Positions 1 to 11,144 of a DNA stretch of 64,000 bases are shown here, piece after piece; the stretch's first letter is position 1; every line of letters begins with the position of its first letter. The position numbers and the translations under genes were made by a program. Below the pieces are notes generated by a model. That model was not told where the DNA came from and did not search any database. It saw only the letters and a program-made list of their open reading frames with translations. Source of the DNA: the human T2T-CHM13v2.0 reference genome, Homo sapiens; the NCBI RefSeq assembly GCF_009914755.1, contig NC_060930.1, one strand, 5' to 3'.

Positions 1-229
1 TACTTGCCATTGGTTCTCTAATGCGTTACATAATAGGTATATAATACATAGGGAATACTTAATGCAGTACTTATTATATAATATGAAGGATTCTTTAAAA
101 TCTGAAGGATTCCAGATTATGACGTGTTTACATTTGTTTTTCTGAAACTTCCTTCTAGTGGTATTTAGCTAGATAATGGTGGTGTGGATAGTGGAAGGTG
201 GTATGGGTAAAAGGAAGCTGAAGTGTTTC

Positions 230-600
230 AAGAGCAAAGAACAGAAAATCCTTATTGAAACTGACTTAAACAATAGGGAAAACATCTCACATAATTGAAA
301 GTCTAGAAGTAGGAGTCATATGACCTGCCACTCAGTGATTCTGTTATGGACCTGAATTATATCTTTCCATTCTGCCATCCTCAGTGTACACTTTATCTTC
401 AGACTGTCTCCTCTTGTGATCACAAGAATGCTGAGAGTGGCAATCAGGGCGACATGATTTCTTGTCCATTTGACAGAAAAGAGAGGAAAACCTCTCCCCA
501 ACCATAGAATGTAAGTCCTTTCAGTTTCTTGGACCACTTTTGAGCACATTTACCTCTAGACCAATGAAACTTATAAGAAGAATACTATTTACTGATTGTC
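230..600. mobile_element. Ancient LTR fragment (MLT1/LTR33-like)
   Basis: Degenerate resemblance to old MaLR/ERVL LTRs (ttaaacaataggg...tctcacataa; tctgccatcctcagtgt); recognition only. Confidence 0.35.
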
Positions 601-1033
601 TCAGTGTAATCATATGAAAGTAGGATTGATTTGGGAGGACTCAACTGCATTGTCTGCTGAAGACTTTGAGATATATTTAGGATCTATCATAAGGAATGCA
701 ATTTAGGTTCTACTTTGACATCTTGTTGACTAATGAGATACTAATGATTATGACGATGGGGAAATGAGATAGGAAGTATGGAATAGAGACAGTTTCTGGA
801 GGAAACCATGTGAATTCAGCTTTTGACATGGGATTTGATACGAAATATTGGCTGAACTTTTGCTAAGAGTTTGTATTAAGTGTTTAGTTGGAAGGTGCTA
901 TTCTGGAAGTTAGGTATTAAATTTACAGGTATGGGTAAGATTGTCCAAGAAGATTGCTTAGCGTAAGAATGCGAAGAGAGCTTTCTCAGGATATATACAT
1001 TTAAGAAGTTGTTTGATGACCAGGAACTCTTGA

Positions 1034-1034
<1 letters not shown>

Positions 1035-1076
<42 letters not shown>

Positions 1077-1235
1077 TGTATATACACACACATATATATA
1101 CACAAATATACACACATACACACACACAAATATATATACATATATACACACACATATACACATATGTATGTGCACATATATATACACATACGTATGTACA
1201 CACATATATACACATATGTATGTACACATATATAT

Positions 1236-1285
<50 letters not shown>
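1035..1285. repeat. Compound (CA)n/(TA)n microsatellite
   Basis: Directly visible alternating purine-pyrimidine tract: (CA)n, mixed CATA/TACA, then (TA)n. Confidence 0.97.
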
Positions 1286-1289
<4 letters not shown>

Positions 1290-3130
1290 CAGAGTCATCT
1301 GCTAGAAGTAGGAGAGCTACAAATAAAATGAAGAATCATAAGATCAAGATAGAGGGGAAGAGGAGAGCCCAGTAAAGTCTGGCATTGGGGCTCATATTTC
1401 CTGTTGGAGCATTTGCCAATCTTGAAAGTGGTAGCTTAGCCTATGAAAAGAACTTTCGATAGACTTTTGGGCTCAAGGAGACAAAAATTAGAGTTCAAAG
1501 CTCATGAAAGAGGAGGTATCCTAGTGAACTAGGTTTTGATTTAGTTCCTAAAGGGATTTACTGTTGGAGGAAGTATGAAATGGAAATAGACCTAACTCTG
1601 AGGAACACTGAAGTTCAACTTCTAATAATCTCAATTCTTGATGGGAGGAAGGTGACCTGGGATTTTTACTATCCCTACCTTAGCTTACTGAAAGAATGAA
1701 AGTAAACCTTCATTGTCTAGAGAAGAAGACATCATCTAGAGTTTTAAATTATCTCTATGTTTTCCTGTAAATCTTTTGTGTCTTGTACTCATTCAGAGAT
1801 AATTAGGCATACTGATAGATATGACACATGGCTAGAAACCAAGAACAACAGACAATGGAACCTGGCCTTTAGGGGATCTAGATATTAGAGATACTAGATA
1901 TAAGCTTTAAAGTAACTGTGCTTAATAAATGTTAGAAGTAATAAAAGATGGGTTTGATAATTTTGACAGAACTAGAACCTTGTAAGTATATATGAATATG
2001 AGTCAGTCTAAGCTTAAATGAATTTGTTTACATATATAAGTATATATAAATATATACACACAAATGTTAATATATGTGTGTATATTTTTAAAAGAAAATA
2101 TCTGAACTGAAACATAAGGAGACAAAAAAGATAGAAAATATGGAAAAGACCTTAAGAGACATAAAGAATATGGTTGACTCTTGAACAACATGAGTTTGAA
2201 CTATATGGGGTCCACGTATACACAGATTTTTTTCAGCCTAATGGGGAATAAAAATACAGTATTTGTGAGAATACAAAACCGCATATGAGGAGAGCCAACT
2301 TTTGTGCAGGCACGTTCCACAGTGCTCACCATCGGGTTTGAGTATGTGTGCTTTTGGTATACGTGAGGATCTTAGCACCAATCCTCTGTATATACAGAGG
2401 GATGACTGTACAGTGGGAAGGTCTTATGTACATGTAATTGGAGGACCAGATAGGAGGGAGAAAAAAATGGAGCAGAAACTGTATTTGAAGATACAATGTT
2501 TTTCAATTTTCTAAAAGTGATTAAAAGCATCAGGCCACAAAACCAAGAATACTATGGAATCCAACCTGGATATATGCAAAGAAAACATTGAGGCAAGGAA
2601 TTGAAGAAGACACACAAAAAAATGGAAAAATATTCCATGTTTAAGGATTGGAAGAATCAATATTGTTAAAACTTCCATACTACCCAAAGCAATCTGCACA
2701 TTCAGTGCAATTTATAACAAAGTTTATAAATTTATAACAAAGTTGCCATTGGAAACAGCACAAATGTTCAACAGCAAAAGAATGGGTAAAAGAGTTGAGG
2801 TATATTCACATACCATGTTACCACGTAGCAACAAATAAATGAACGAGAGCTACACATAGCAAAATGAATCTTAGGATTTCGTTGACATAAAGTTAAAAAT
2901 ATTCATAAATAATCTGTGGTGTTAGAAGACAGCTTGGGTGGAAGCAGGTGGGGTAGTGATTGGGAAGAAGGATAAGGGTAACTTCAGAGATGTGGATCAT
3001 GTTCAGTTCTTGGCCTATGTGGTGGTTACTCTGGTATGTTCATGTGGTAATAGTTTCTCAAACTTTATACTTACCATTTCTGAAAATGTTATGCTGCAGT
3101 TTAAACTTCAGTGAGATAAATACGAATAAA
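1290..3130 (+). mobile_element. Fragmented ancient L1M (ORF1-, ORF2- and 3'-like pieces)
   Basis: ORF2-like segment at ~2580-2710 (ggattggaagaatcaatattgttaaa...ctacccaaagcaatct) and an old L1 3'-like tail; heavily decayed. Confidence 0.5.
2171..2408 (+). mobile_element. MER8-like non-autonomous TcMar-Tigger element
   Basis: Termini tggttgactcttgaacaac ... agagggatgactg, ~240 bp, flanked by TA on both sides (2169-2170, 2409-2410). Confidence 0.8.
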
Positions 3131-3534
3131 TATATTTTGTCCTAAAATTTTCTAAAATGTTAGGAAAATAGGTTCAATTAAGAATAGACTCACTACTTTT
3201 TAGGTAGTACATTTTTTCTCTAAGGCATCTCCAAGTGATCACAAAGAATAGAATATTTGATTTTTTTAAATTAGAATTTATGCACTTGGAATCACTCCTG
3301 TTTTGGTGCCCATATTATCACTTATTTTTCCATTTCAATTAATGCAGTAGGACATTGACCCTCATCTGAATTAATAAATGGGTTAACTTATTACGTACAG
3401 TGTTGGTAATGTATTGCTATATTCTGAAGCAAATAAAAGGACATATTTTGGTTATTTTGTTGTATTTTGTTAGCATACATTTTAGACATTTTTGTTAAAA
3501 AAATTATATACTTGAGATAACTCTTTTCTGTATT

Positions 3535-3840
3535 TCATTTTCTTTCTTGGAGACAGGGTCTCACTCTGTTGCCCAGGCTGGAGTGCAGTGATGTCATAGC
3601 CCACTGCAACCTCAAACTCCTAGGCTCAGGTGATTCTCTCACCTCGGCCTCCAGAGTAGCTGGGACTAAAGGTACATGTCACCATAACTGGCTAATTTTT
3701 TAATTTATTTTTTTCTTTTATAGATATGGGGGTATTGATTTGTTGCCCAGGCTTGTCATGAACTCCTGGCTTCAAGCGATGCCCCCATCTCAGCCTCCCA
3801 AAGTGTTTGGGTTAAAGGCATGAGCCACTGCACCCAGCCT
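3535..3840 (-). mobile_element. AluJ-like SINE
   Basis: gagacagggtctcactctgttgcccaggctggagtgcagt...gagccactgcacccagcc; dimeric Alu, reverse orientation. Confidence 0.92.
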
Positions 3841-3999
3841 GTGTCTTAAATTATCATAATATCTGTACCTTATGTAATTCTTCCTTGGTCATTCAGGCAG
3901 CTAACATAGAACTTTTTTTTTTCTCCTTAAATCTGCATTTTCTCTTGGATTTGGCAAATTTTTAGCTGAACTAACATTCTAGTACTCACAGCTGGATGT

Positions 4000-6003
4000 T
4001 CTCAAAAGAATGAAGTTGGAGCCCTACCCCACACTGTAAGCAAAAAGTAACTGAAAATGGATCATTGACCTTAAATATAAGAGTTAAAACTCTTAGATGA
4101 AAACAAGAGTAAATCTTCATGGCCTTGGATTTGGCAATAGGTTTTTAGATACGTGTGATATTGTGATCTAATAAGGAATGTGCATTTAATATTTGTCCCT
4201 GGTTCCTGGCACCATAGCTCCTAAAACCCTTGAAATTTCCTGAGTGATAAAGGTGAGAGGAACATCTTTTGTTATTTATAACAAGCATCTTTCAACCACG
4301 TCTGAGTTTATATTAATGAGGAGGCTTTTGTAAAGTCCCTAAGGATGGGGAGGGGCCTTGTTGCCAGGGGAACCAACCAAATGTTTAGCTTTCATTAAAA
4401 ACCCTAAACAACAGAGTTTAGAGAGCTCGTGGGTTTGTGAACACATTGAGGGGATAGGAAGGTGGTACACCTGGAGAAGTTACGGAAACTCTGCATCTCT
4501 TCCTGCATACCTTGCCTTTTGCATGTGTTCCATTTGGCTGTTCTGAGCTGTATCCTTTATAATAAACTGTTAACAGTGAGTAAAGTGCCTTCCTGAGTTC
4601 TGTGAGCTCTTCTAACAAGTTATCAAACCCAAGGAGTGATCATGGGAATCCCCAATTTATAGCCAATTGATCAGAAGTACGAGAGGACAGGACTTGAGAT
4701 TGGAATCTGAAGTGGGAGCAGTCTTGTGGGTCTGAGCCTTTAACTTGTGGGATCTGATGCTAACCCCAGAAAGACAGTGTCAGAATTGAATTAAATTATA
4801 GGACACTCAGCTGGTGCCAGATAATTGGTTGTTGTGGGAATAAATCCCCACACATTTGGTGTCTCAGAGTGTTATGAATCTAGAGAAAAGTATTTTGTTC
4901 TTTTTAGACTATGTCACAAAAAGCATATTTAACCAAAGAAAAAATAATTGTACTTTATCAAAATTAAAAACTTATATGCATTAAAGGACATTAAGAAAGT
5001 AAAAAGACAACTTACAAAATGGGAGAAATCTTATGAGATTTGCAAGTATCTGGAATATGTAAAGGACTGTTACAACTTAACAACAAAAAGACAAACCTGT
5101 TTAAAACTGCAGCACAGGCTGAAATAGGTATTTATCTAAAGGAGATATATAAGTTTTGTTTTTTATAACAAGCATGTTTATAAGCATGCTTGTTATATAA
5201 GCACTTGAAAAGATGTTTAACATCATTAATCATGTCAGTAAGCACTTGACAAGATGTTTAATATCATTAGTCTTTAGGGAAATGCAAATCAAAACCACAG
5301 CGAGCACCACTTCACACCCACTGAGATGGTTAAAAATTTTTTTAAGAAAGGAAAATAAGTAATAAATGTTTGCAAGGATGTGGAGAAATTGGACTTTTAT
5401 ACATTACTGGTGCAAATAGAAAATGTTTTAGCTACTATGAAAAGCAGTTAGGTGGTTCTTCAGAAAGTTAAACATGGAATTACCATATGACCCAGCAGTT
5501 CCAAACGTCCAAGAGAATTGACAACAGACTCTCGTGTATTGTATGTAAATATTCATAGCAGCACTATTTACAGTAGGCAAAAGGTAGAAGGAATCCTCAA
5601 TGGGTAAACAGATTGTGTTTTATATATGTGTGTGTGTATGTTTAATGGAATATTATTCAGTCACAAAAAGGAATGAAATACTGCTATATGTTATGAAGAG
5701 GCTAAACTGCTAAAACATTGGGCTAAGCGAAAGAAGCCAGACACAAAGATAATTGCATGATTCCATGTGTATGAAGTATCCAAAATGGGTAAATCCATAG
5801 AAGATAGAAGGCAGGTTGCTGTTTGCCAGGGGTTAACTAATTAATGAGGAAAGGGTTATCTTCTGGGGTGTTGGAAGTGTTTTAGAAGTAGATAAAGGTG
5901 GTGGTTGCGTAACATCGTGAATGTACTAAATGGCACTGAATTGTTCATTTTAGAATTTTTAATTTTGTGTTATGTAAATGTCACCTCAACTAAAAAAATA
6001 AAA
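4000..6003 (+). mobile_element. L1MB-like 3' fragment interrupted by a MER21 LTR
   Basis: ORF2-end motifs (gggaaatgcaaatcaaaaccac; taccatatgacccagca) and a 3'UTR ending in tcacctcaactaaaaaaataaaa. Confidence 0.75.
4153..4905. mobile_element. MER21-family solo LTR nested in L1
   Basis: Starts tgtgatattgtgat...cctggttcctggca...gctcctaaaacccttg, typical of MER21; the L1 resumes at ~4908. Confidence 0.75.
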
Positions 6004-7564
6004 TCTAGTACATAAATATGTTGCCATCTTATAGTAGTTATATAATAAGTCAGTACCTTATAGTTGATTTAGTTATGGACATAACCAGGAATGATGAGTC
6101 GTATTTTTGTTACCTTTTGATTTCCATGTATTCTTTTTTTTAGACTAACACTACAGAATTTCAAGCTGTTATTTGTGTATTCTGTTAAAATAAATATATT
6201 CAATCAGTGAACTTCTCTTTAATTTATATCCTTTGACCATTTTTCTTGGTATGTTATATAAAACATCTCTTAATTTCTAGAAATTTAAGTTTGGCTGGTT
6301 GTTATAACTACAAATAGCTTTATTTCGTTATTGATTTCAATTGGAGAGTTTGGTTTTTTACAAATTCCTGGTGGTATAATTATATATAGTACATTGTTAC
6401 ATCTTGAGGCCATATAAAAATAGATTTTTGTACCAAATGATGACCAGAATTTTATAGACTAAGCTATATTTTCATATGATTCAAAGTATTAAATAAGTGG
6501 TAAAAGTGAGAAAATAGTATTTTGTATTCATTGTGAAATAAGACTTGTAATTTTTAAAAGGAAGAGGTTTAGCTATGTGCTACGATGTTCAGGTTTTATA
6601 ATCACCAGTTTCTGGTTGATATGAAATCTTACAGAATTATTTGTGGTCTTGTGATAGACATTTTTTTCAAAGACCAAATAAATTTTGAAAATTATTCAGT
6701 ATGGTGCTTAGGAGCTTCTTATTTTTGTATATATGTCTTAAGACACATTTTAGCTGACTGCTGTATTATGACTATCTCATGTATGCATGTGTCAATTTTA
6801 ATACCTATTTATGAGCACCTGAAAGATCAGGAAGCAGGTATGTCATGTGTAATAAAAGAGTACTTGTTGCCTTTTTGGTGATAAAATTGTCTTTATTGAC
6901 ATAGTATAAAATTGTCAAAATTGTTTTTTTCCAGCTTATTTTCTTCTACTTCAAATGGAAATACCCATTTCATTGCATTATTAAATGAAATGGTATTAAT
7001 AAAATTCTTAGTGCAGTACTAAGAATTACAAATATAAGCCTATAATTCTCTCGTCTGTGGCTAAGCAGTCTTGCCCTAGTTTCTCTTAACATTTGATTTT
7101 TTTTTCCTTCACCATCATGCTTTTTAAATTTGAATGTTATATAGGACTTGAGTTTCTACTTGTTTTTAGTTCTCTATATTTCAGTTTCAGAAAATAGTCT
7201 GGATTTAAGTCTAGATAATTTTCTGGTTAGAGTAAAATCATGTGTGGTTGTATTTGAGATAGACTACTACACTTAAAAGCAAAGCTTCCTGGGAACATAA
7301 TAAAAAGCAGGCATTATCTACTAATCGGAAGCTTATTAGTGGTTTTCCTCTCTACCATAATAAACATTTTTTAAAGTTATTTAGGATTATTAAATTAAAA
7401 TATAACTTTAAAATAAGTAAAACAGTGCACATGTATACAAATACAGAGAATGAAAGTTCATGTCTGCCTCTGTCACACTTTTCCAGCCTGATACAAACTT
7501 TTGGAAATAGAAAAACCTAAATAATTTTGATTGTTAATAACTTGTGAAATATTTTAAATCTTAG

Positions 7565-7730
7565 ATGAAAAATCAACACTGGAACAGAAACCTTCTAAAC
7601 CAGCAGCTCCACAAGTCCCACCCAAGAAACCTACTCCACCTACCAAAGCCAGTAATTTATTGAGATCTTCTGGAACAGTGTACCCAAAGCGACCTGAAAA
7701 ACCAGTTCCTCCACCACCTCCTATAGCCAA
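7565..7730 (+). CDS. CD2AP: CD2AP coding exon (exon 12), proline-rich region
   Basis: ttag|...|gtaagt; 166 nt; translates (D)[55 protein letters not shown]; phase joins the next exon. Confidence 0.97.
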
Positions 7731-7844
7731 GTAAGTTTTACCTAATTTTAAATTAGCTTACTGATTTACTCACCTTTGACCTTAATGGCTCTATTGCCTT
7801 TCTAAATCTCCAGGTATGTTTTTTCTTATTTTTCAGTTATATTT

Positions 7845-8645
7845 ATTTTTAAAATTGACATATACAATTGTGTGTATTTATTGTATACAACATGATGTTT
7901 TAAAGCGTATATATAATTCATTGTGGAATGGCTTCGGTAACTGTGATAACCTCACATAGTTAACATTTTTATGATGAGAACACTTAACATTCACTCTTAG
8001 CATTTTTAAAGAATGCGGTACATCACATTAACTGCAGTCACTAAAATGTACAATGGATTTCTTAAAACTTATTCCCTCTATCTAACCGTATGTATTCCTT
8101 GACCACATCTTCCCACTCCCCTCCAACTCACAACCACTTCAGGCTCTGGTAATCACCATTCTACTCTATTTCTATGGGATCAACTTTTTTAGACTTCACA
8201 TTTGAGTGGAGAACATGTGGTATTTGTCTTTCTGTGCCTGGCTTATTTGACTTAACATCCTCCAGATTCGTTGATGATGTTGCAAATGGCAGGCTTGCTT
8301 TCTTTTTTTATGGCTGAATGGTATTCTTTGTGTATATATGCCACATTTTCTTTATTCATTCATCCATTGATACTTTAGGTTGCTTCCATATTTTGGCTGT
8401 TGTGAATAGTGCTGTAGTAAACATGGGAATGCATATATTTCTTTGACATATTGATTTTATTTCCTTTGGATATGGACCCAGTAATGGAATTGCTAGATCA
8501 TATGATAATTATCTTTTTAATTTCTCGAGGGACCTTTGTACTGTTTTCCATAATGGCTGTGGGAATTTACATTCCTACCAGCAGTGTGCAAGGGTTCCCT
8601 TTCCTTAAGATGCTCACCAACACTTATTATCTTTTATCTTTTTGA
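7845..8645 (-). mobile_element. L1MA-like 3' fragment
   Basis: Reverse L1 3' end (tgtgcctggcttatt; ccacattttctttattcattcatccattgat; gtgcaagggttccctttc). Confidence 0.85.
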
Positions 8646-8733
8646 AAAGTTAAAGTTTATTTTAATGTTGTAAATAACATCCAAGAAGAATATAAACATG
8701 TTGAAAGCTGGATATGTAAACAAAGATCACAGG

Positions 8734-9750
8734 CAGGTTCTGGGAATTTTATTGGAGCTTTGGTTATTAAAATGCATCAGTAAATTCCCAGGGTGCTAAG
8801 CACTATTCTGTTGGCTGTGCCAACAGTCCTCATGCATGCTTAAAACACTTGGGGGAATTATAGTACAAATCCAGTCAGGGTTGGAACCATGGCAAACCAA
8901 GGGCTCTTAGAGATGGACCTGTTTGTGCTGCTAGGCATCATGGAGAAAGCAGCAGACGAAGAGGTGAAGGAGGCTTATAGGTAGAAGGCCCTCTCCTGCC
9001 ACCCAGACAAGTTGGATAATCACAGAGCAGCTGAACTCCTCCACTAGCTTTCTCAGGCCTTGCTGCAGCCAGGGCTGCATATGATGATGTTAGAAAAGCC
9101 AAGAAGCAGACAGCATAGAGGACCCAGAGGCTTGATGAGAGAATAAAAAAAGCTAATCATGACCTGAGGCCCAGGCCCAGGTGAGTGAGAAGGTGGAGGA
9201 AAGCTAGAGCACCAGGACACTTGAGCAGGAGATTGAACATCTTAGTGAATAGTGTTCATGGCAGCTGGAGGAACAGCAGATGATGATCCAGGAGCAGATG
9301 TGCCAGGAACTTGACTTGAGATTAGAAGTCAGAAAATACTGAAGACAAAGGAACCCAAAACTAAAACTGAAATGGAAGTACAAGAAGGATGAGTCAGAAG
9401 GCAGTTACTCCAAAGGTGTCCTCCTGTGGCTTTTGCAAAAGTATGGTGGAATTCTCAACCTGGTGCTTTTGAGTAAGAAGGCAGGTACTGGTGTGGAGTT
9501 TGGGACTGTCGAGGCTGCAGAGATGGCTGTCTGGAATAAAGTTGGCCTGGGTGATAATCCTGGAAAGATTTCCTCTTTCAAAGGAGGACTCCAGGGTGCA
9601 GTGGGCCCCACCCACCCAGGACAGTGAAGGGACCCAGTGGTGTCTCTTCTTACCACATGCAGCAGTAGTCAAGGAATGGCAGCCCATTTAGTCTCCTGCC
9701 ACAGCCTTCCTAAGTCACAGCCCTTTTTAAAACATCACCAATAAACTTTA
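8734..9750 (+). pseudogene. Processed pseudogene of DNAJC17 (J-domain plus RRM protein)
   Basis: Intronless. ATG at 8889. Broken frames give ..[35 protein letters not shown] (HPD motif) and ..[41 protein letters not shown], matching DNAJC17 as I recall it. Parental-type stop at 9689-9691, AATAAA at 9740-9745; many stops and frameshifts. Confidence 0.9.
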
Positions 9751-9754
9751 AAAG

Positions 9755-10645
9755 CAAGAAAGAAACAATCCCATCAGAAACTGGACTAAGTACATGAATA
9801 GACAGTTCTCAAAAGAAGATATACAAATGGCCAACAAGCATATGGAAAAATGCTCAAAGTCACTAGTTACCAGGGAATACAAATCAAAACCGCAATGTGA
9901 TACCACCTCACTTCTGCAAGAATGGCCATAAATCAAAAAATCAAAAAATAATAGATGTTAGCATGGATGCAGTGAAAAGGGAACACTTGTACACTGCTGG
10001 TGGGAATGTAAACTAGTAGAACCACTATGGAAAGCAGTGTGGAGATTCCTTAAAGAACTAAAAGCAGATCTACCATTTGATCCAGCAATCCCACTACTGG
10101 GTATCTACCCAGAGGAAAATAAGTTATTATATGAAAAAGATAACTTGCACATGCATGTTTATAGCAGCACAATTCGCAATTGCAAAGTATGGAACCAGCC
10201 CAGATGCCCATGAATCAACGAGTGAATAAAGAAATTGTGGTATATATATATACCATGGAATACTACTCAGCCGTAAAAAAGATGGAAAAAATGGCATTCA
10301 CAGCAACCTGGATGGAATTGGAGACTCTTATTCAAGTGAAGTAACTTAGGAATGGAAAATCAAACATTGTACGTTCTCCCTAATATGTGGGAGCTAAGCT
10401 GTGAGGACACAAAAGCATGAGAATGATACAGTGGACTTTGGAGACTTGAGGGGAAAGGGTGGGAGGGGAGTGAAGGATAAAAGACTGCACATTGGGTACA
10501 GTGTGCACTGCTCGGGTGGTGGGTGCACCAGAATCTTAGAAATCACCACTAAAGAGCTTATTCATGTAACCAAATGCCACCTGTTTCTCAAAAACCTGTT
10601 GAAATAAAAAATAATCTAAAATAATAAAAAAAATTTAAAAAAAAA
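9755..10645 (+). mobile_element. L1PB-like 5'-truncated 3' end with A-tail
   Basis: ORF2 end and 3'UTR (aaatcaccactaaagagcttattcatgtaaccaaa...gaaataaaaataa) followed by an A-rich tail. Confidence 0.9.
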
Positions 10646-11001
10646 TACAGGAGCATTCTGTACATTTTGATTTAGCTCTCACTGTTGCTTACCTTCCAGA
10701 GTTGTCCTTCTATTGTTGCAATTTAATTTTTAAGTATTATTTTTAATATTTTCTGTATACTAATATCTGTTGAATGTTAATTTTATGTTATAATAATTTT
10801 CTACACTTAACTAAACTGTTCTCACATTTTTTATTTTATTGTGATCAGCCTTAGGAGAGAGTTTTGCGTTTATGGAAATGGTTTTACAGAACAGAAAGTA
10901 ATCGGTATTAGGCCATACAATCTTTAATGTCATTAAATCACAATTTAAAAAAAAGTCGTGTTTCATACTAGTGATTTTTGCGTGTTTTTTTCTTATTTCA
11001 G

Positions 11002-11144
11002 GATTAATGGGGAAGTTTCTAGCATTTCATCAAAATTTGAAACTGAGCCAGTATCAAAACTAAAGCTAGATTCTGAACAGCTGCCCCTTAGACCAAAATC
11101 AGTAGACTTTGATTCACTTACAGTAAGGACCTCCAAAGAAACAG
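11002..11144 (+). CDS. CD2AP: CD2AP coding exon (exon 13)
   Basis: tttcag|...|gtaagt; 143 nt; [47 protein letters not shown]. Confidence 0.97.

Noticed and set aside
876-1375. Five overlapping ORFs of 82-140 aa (YIYIY/THTHT/CVCVC)
   Set aside because: Stop-free translations of the CA/TA microsatellite.
11121-11128. Donor-like CA|GTAAGG inside the exon
   Set aside because: The authentic CAG|GTAAGT 22 nt downstream is a perfect consensus; use of the internal site would frameshift and nothing supports it.
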